Positions 25,316 through 25,883 of a stretch of DNA of 25,883 bases are shown here, piece by piece. Below the pieces are notes generated by a model. That model was not told where the DNA came from. It searched no databases and was given only the letters and a program-made list of their open reading frames with translations. This DNA comes from a virus (taxonomy: Duplodnaviria > Caudoviricetes), in the IMG/VR virus record IMGVR_UViG_3300030376_001951, positions 1 through 25,883 of that record. One strand, 5' to 3'. The stretch's first letter is position 1. Each line of letters opens with the position of its first letter. Both the position numbers and the translations under genes were made by a program.

Positions 25316-25830
25316 ATAAATACCTAATTGAGAATTACGACAAATTGAAAGATATGGCGTTCAATATAGCAGGTAGAAAAGGAAAAGACGATTTATTAAG
25401 TTTTGTAATTGAAGAACTTTACAAATGCGATCAAGACAGAATCAACGAAATAATACAAAAGAATCAATTAACATTTTACATTGCAAGGGTGATGCTTAAT
25501 CAATACCACTCAAAAACAAGTCGTTATTATTACAAATACAAAAAGTATTATGAATATCACACTACCACCACAATAGAAAGCATTACGGCAGACAACACAG
25601 AGTATACTATAAAAGACAAAAAGGAAGTAGAAGAACGCTTAGAATGGGTTGAGGACAAATTGAAAGATTGTTATTGGTTTGATTCTCAAGTTTTCAAAGT
25701 TTATTATTTAGATCCTGCAAATCATTCATTAAATAGTATGGCTAAGGCAACAGGAATTAATAGAAATACGCTATTTAAGGCGATCAATAATGTAAAGAAA
25801 TATCTAATTAAAGAAAAGGAAAATGTTTAA
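25309..25830 (+). CDS. ECF-like RNA polymerase sigma factor
   Basis: Region 2-like YDKLKDMAFNI...DDLLSFV...FYIARVMLNQY, and region 4-like DSQVFKVYY...SLNSMAKATGINRNTLFKAINNVKKYL. Confidence 0.75.
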   Translation: MLNKYLIENYDKLKDMAFNIAGRKGKDDLLSFVIEELYKCDQDRINEIIQKNQLTFYIARVMLNQYHSKTSRYYYKYKKYYEYHTTTTIESITADNTEYTIKDKKEVEERLEWVEDKLKDCYWFDSQVFKVYYLDPANHSLNSMAKATGINRNTLFKAINNVKKYLIKEKENV

Positions 25831-25883
25831 CGATCAAGAAGAAGAAATAATATCAAATGTAATAGTTGCATTAGTGACTTTAT
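25823..25883 (+). CDS. partial ORF (MFNDQEEEIISNVIVALVTL...), truncated at the window end
   Basis: ATG overlaps the sigma factor 3' end and the frame is open to the window edge. Confidence 0.45.
   Translation, partial: MFNDQEEEIISNVIVALVTL

Noticed and set aside
1-25883. Stop-codon reassignment, CRISPR array, DGR/retron, tRNA, integrase or att site
   Set aside because: Genes are intact under the standard code, with TAA, TAG and TGA all used as stops. I saw no regularly spaced repeats, reverse transcriptase motifs, cloverleaf or recombinase motifs by eye. tRNAscan-SE and a repeat finder would confirm.

Overview
A near-complete genome segment of an AT-rich tailed dsDNA phage, probably a siphovirus with a short tail, most likely infecting Bacteroidota (Flavobacteria-like). 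The host call rests on A-rich start regions without Shine-Dalgarno motifs, TAnnTTTG-type promoters, and DUF3127/DUF4373-like genes. The + strand order is ParB-MTase (5'-truncated), terS, terL, a tail-assembly chaperone with a -1 slippery site, tail completion and tip genes, a short tape measure, prohead protease, scaffold, major capsid, tail tube, two pairs of tandem paralogs, a three-part portal fusion, adaptor, lysis cassette and metallophosphoesterase. A short leftward operon of four small ORFs follows, then a divergent promoter region and a rightward early/replication module (HTH, SSAP-like, SSB-like, initiator with internal repeats, VRR-NUC, second MTase, ECF-like sigma factor). The best hidden signal is an exactly spaced motif, ACAA-N10-TTTATA(T/A)TAT, in four intergenic gaps just upstream of structural genes; it may be a late promoter read by the phage sigma factor and giving near-leaderless mRNAs. 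I saw no integrase, DNA polymerase, helicase, tRNA, CRISPR array or reverse transcriptase. All family assignments come from motif recognition by eye, not database searches.
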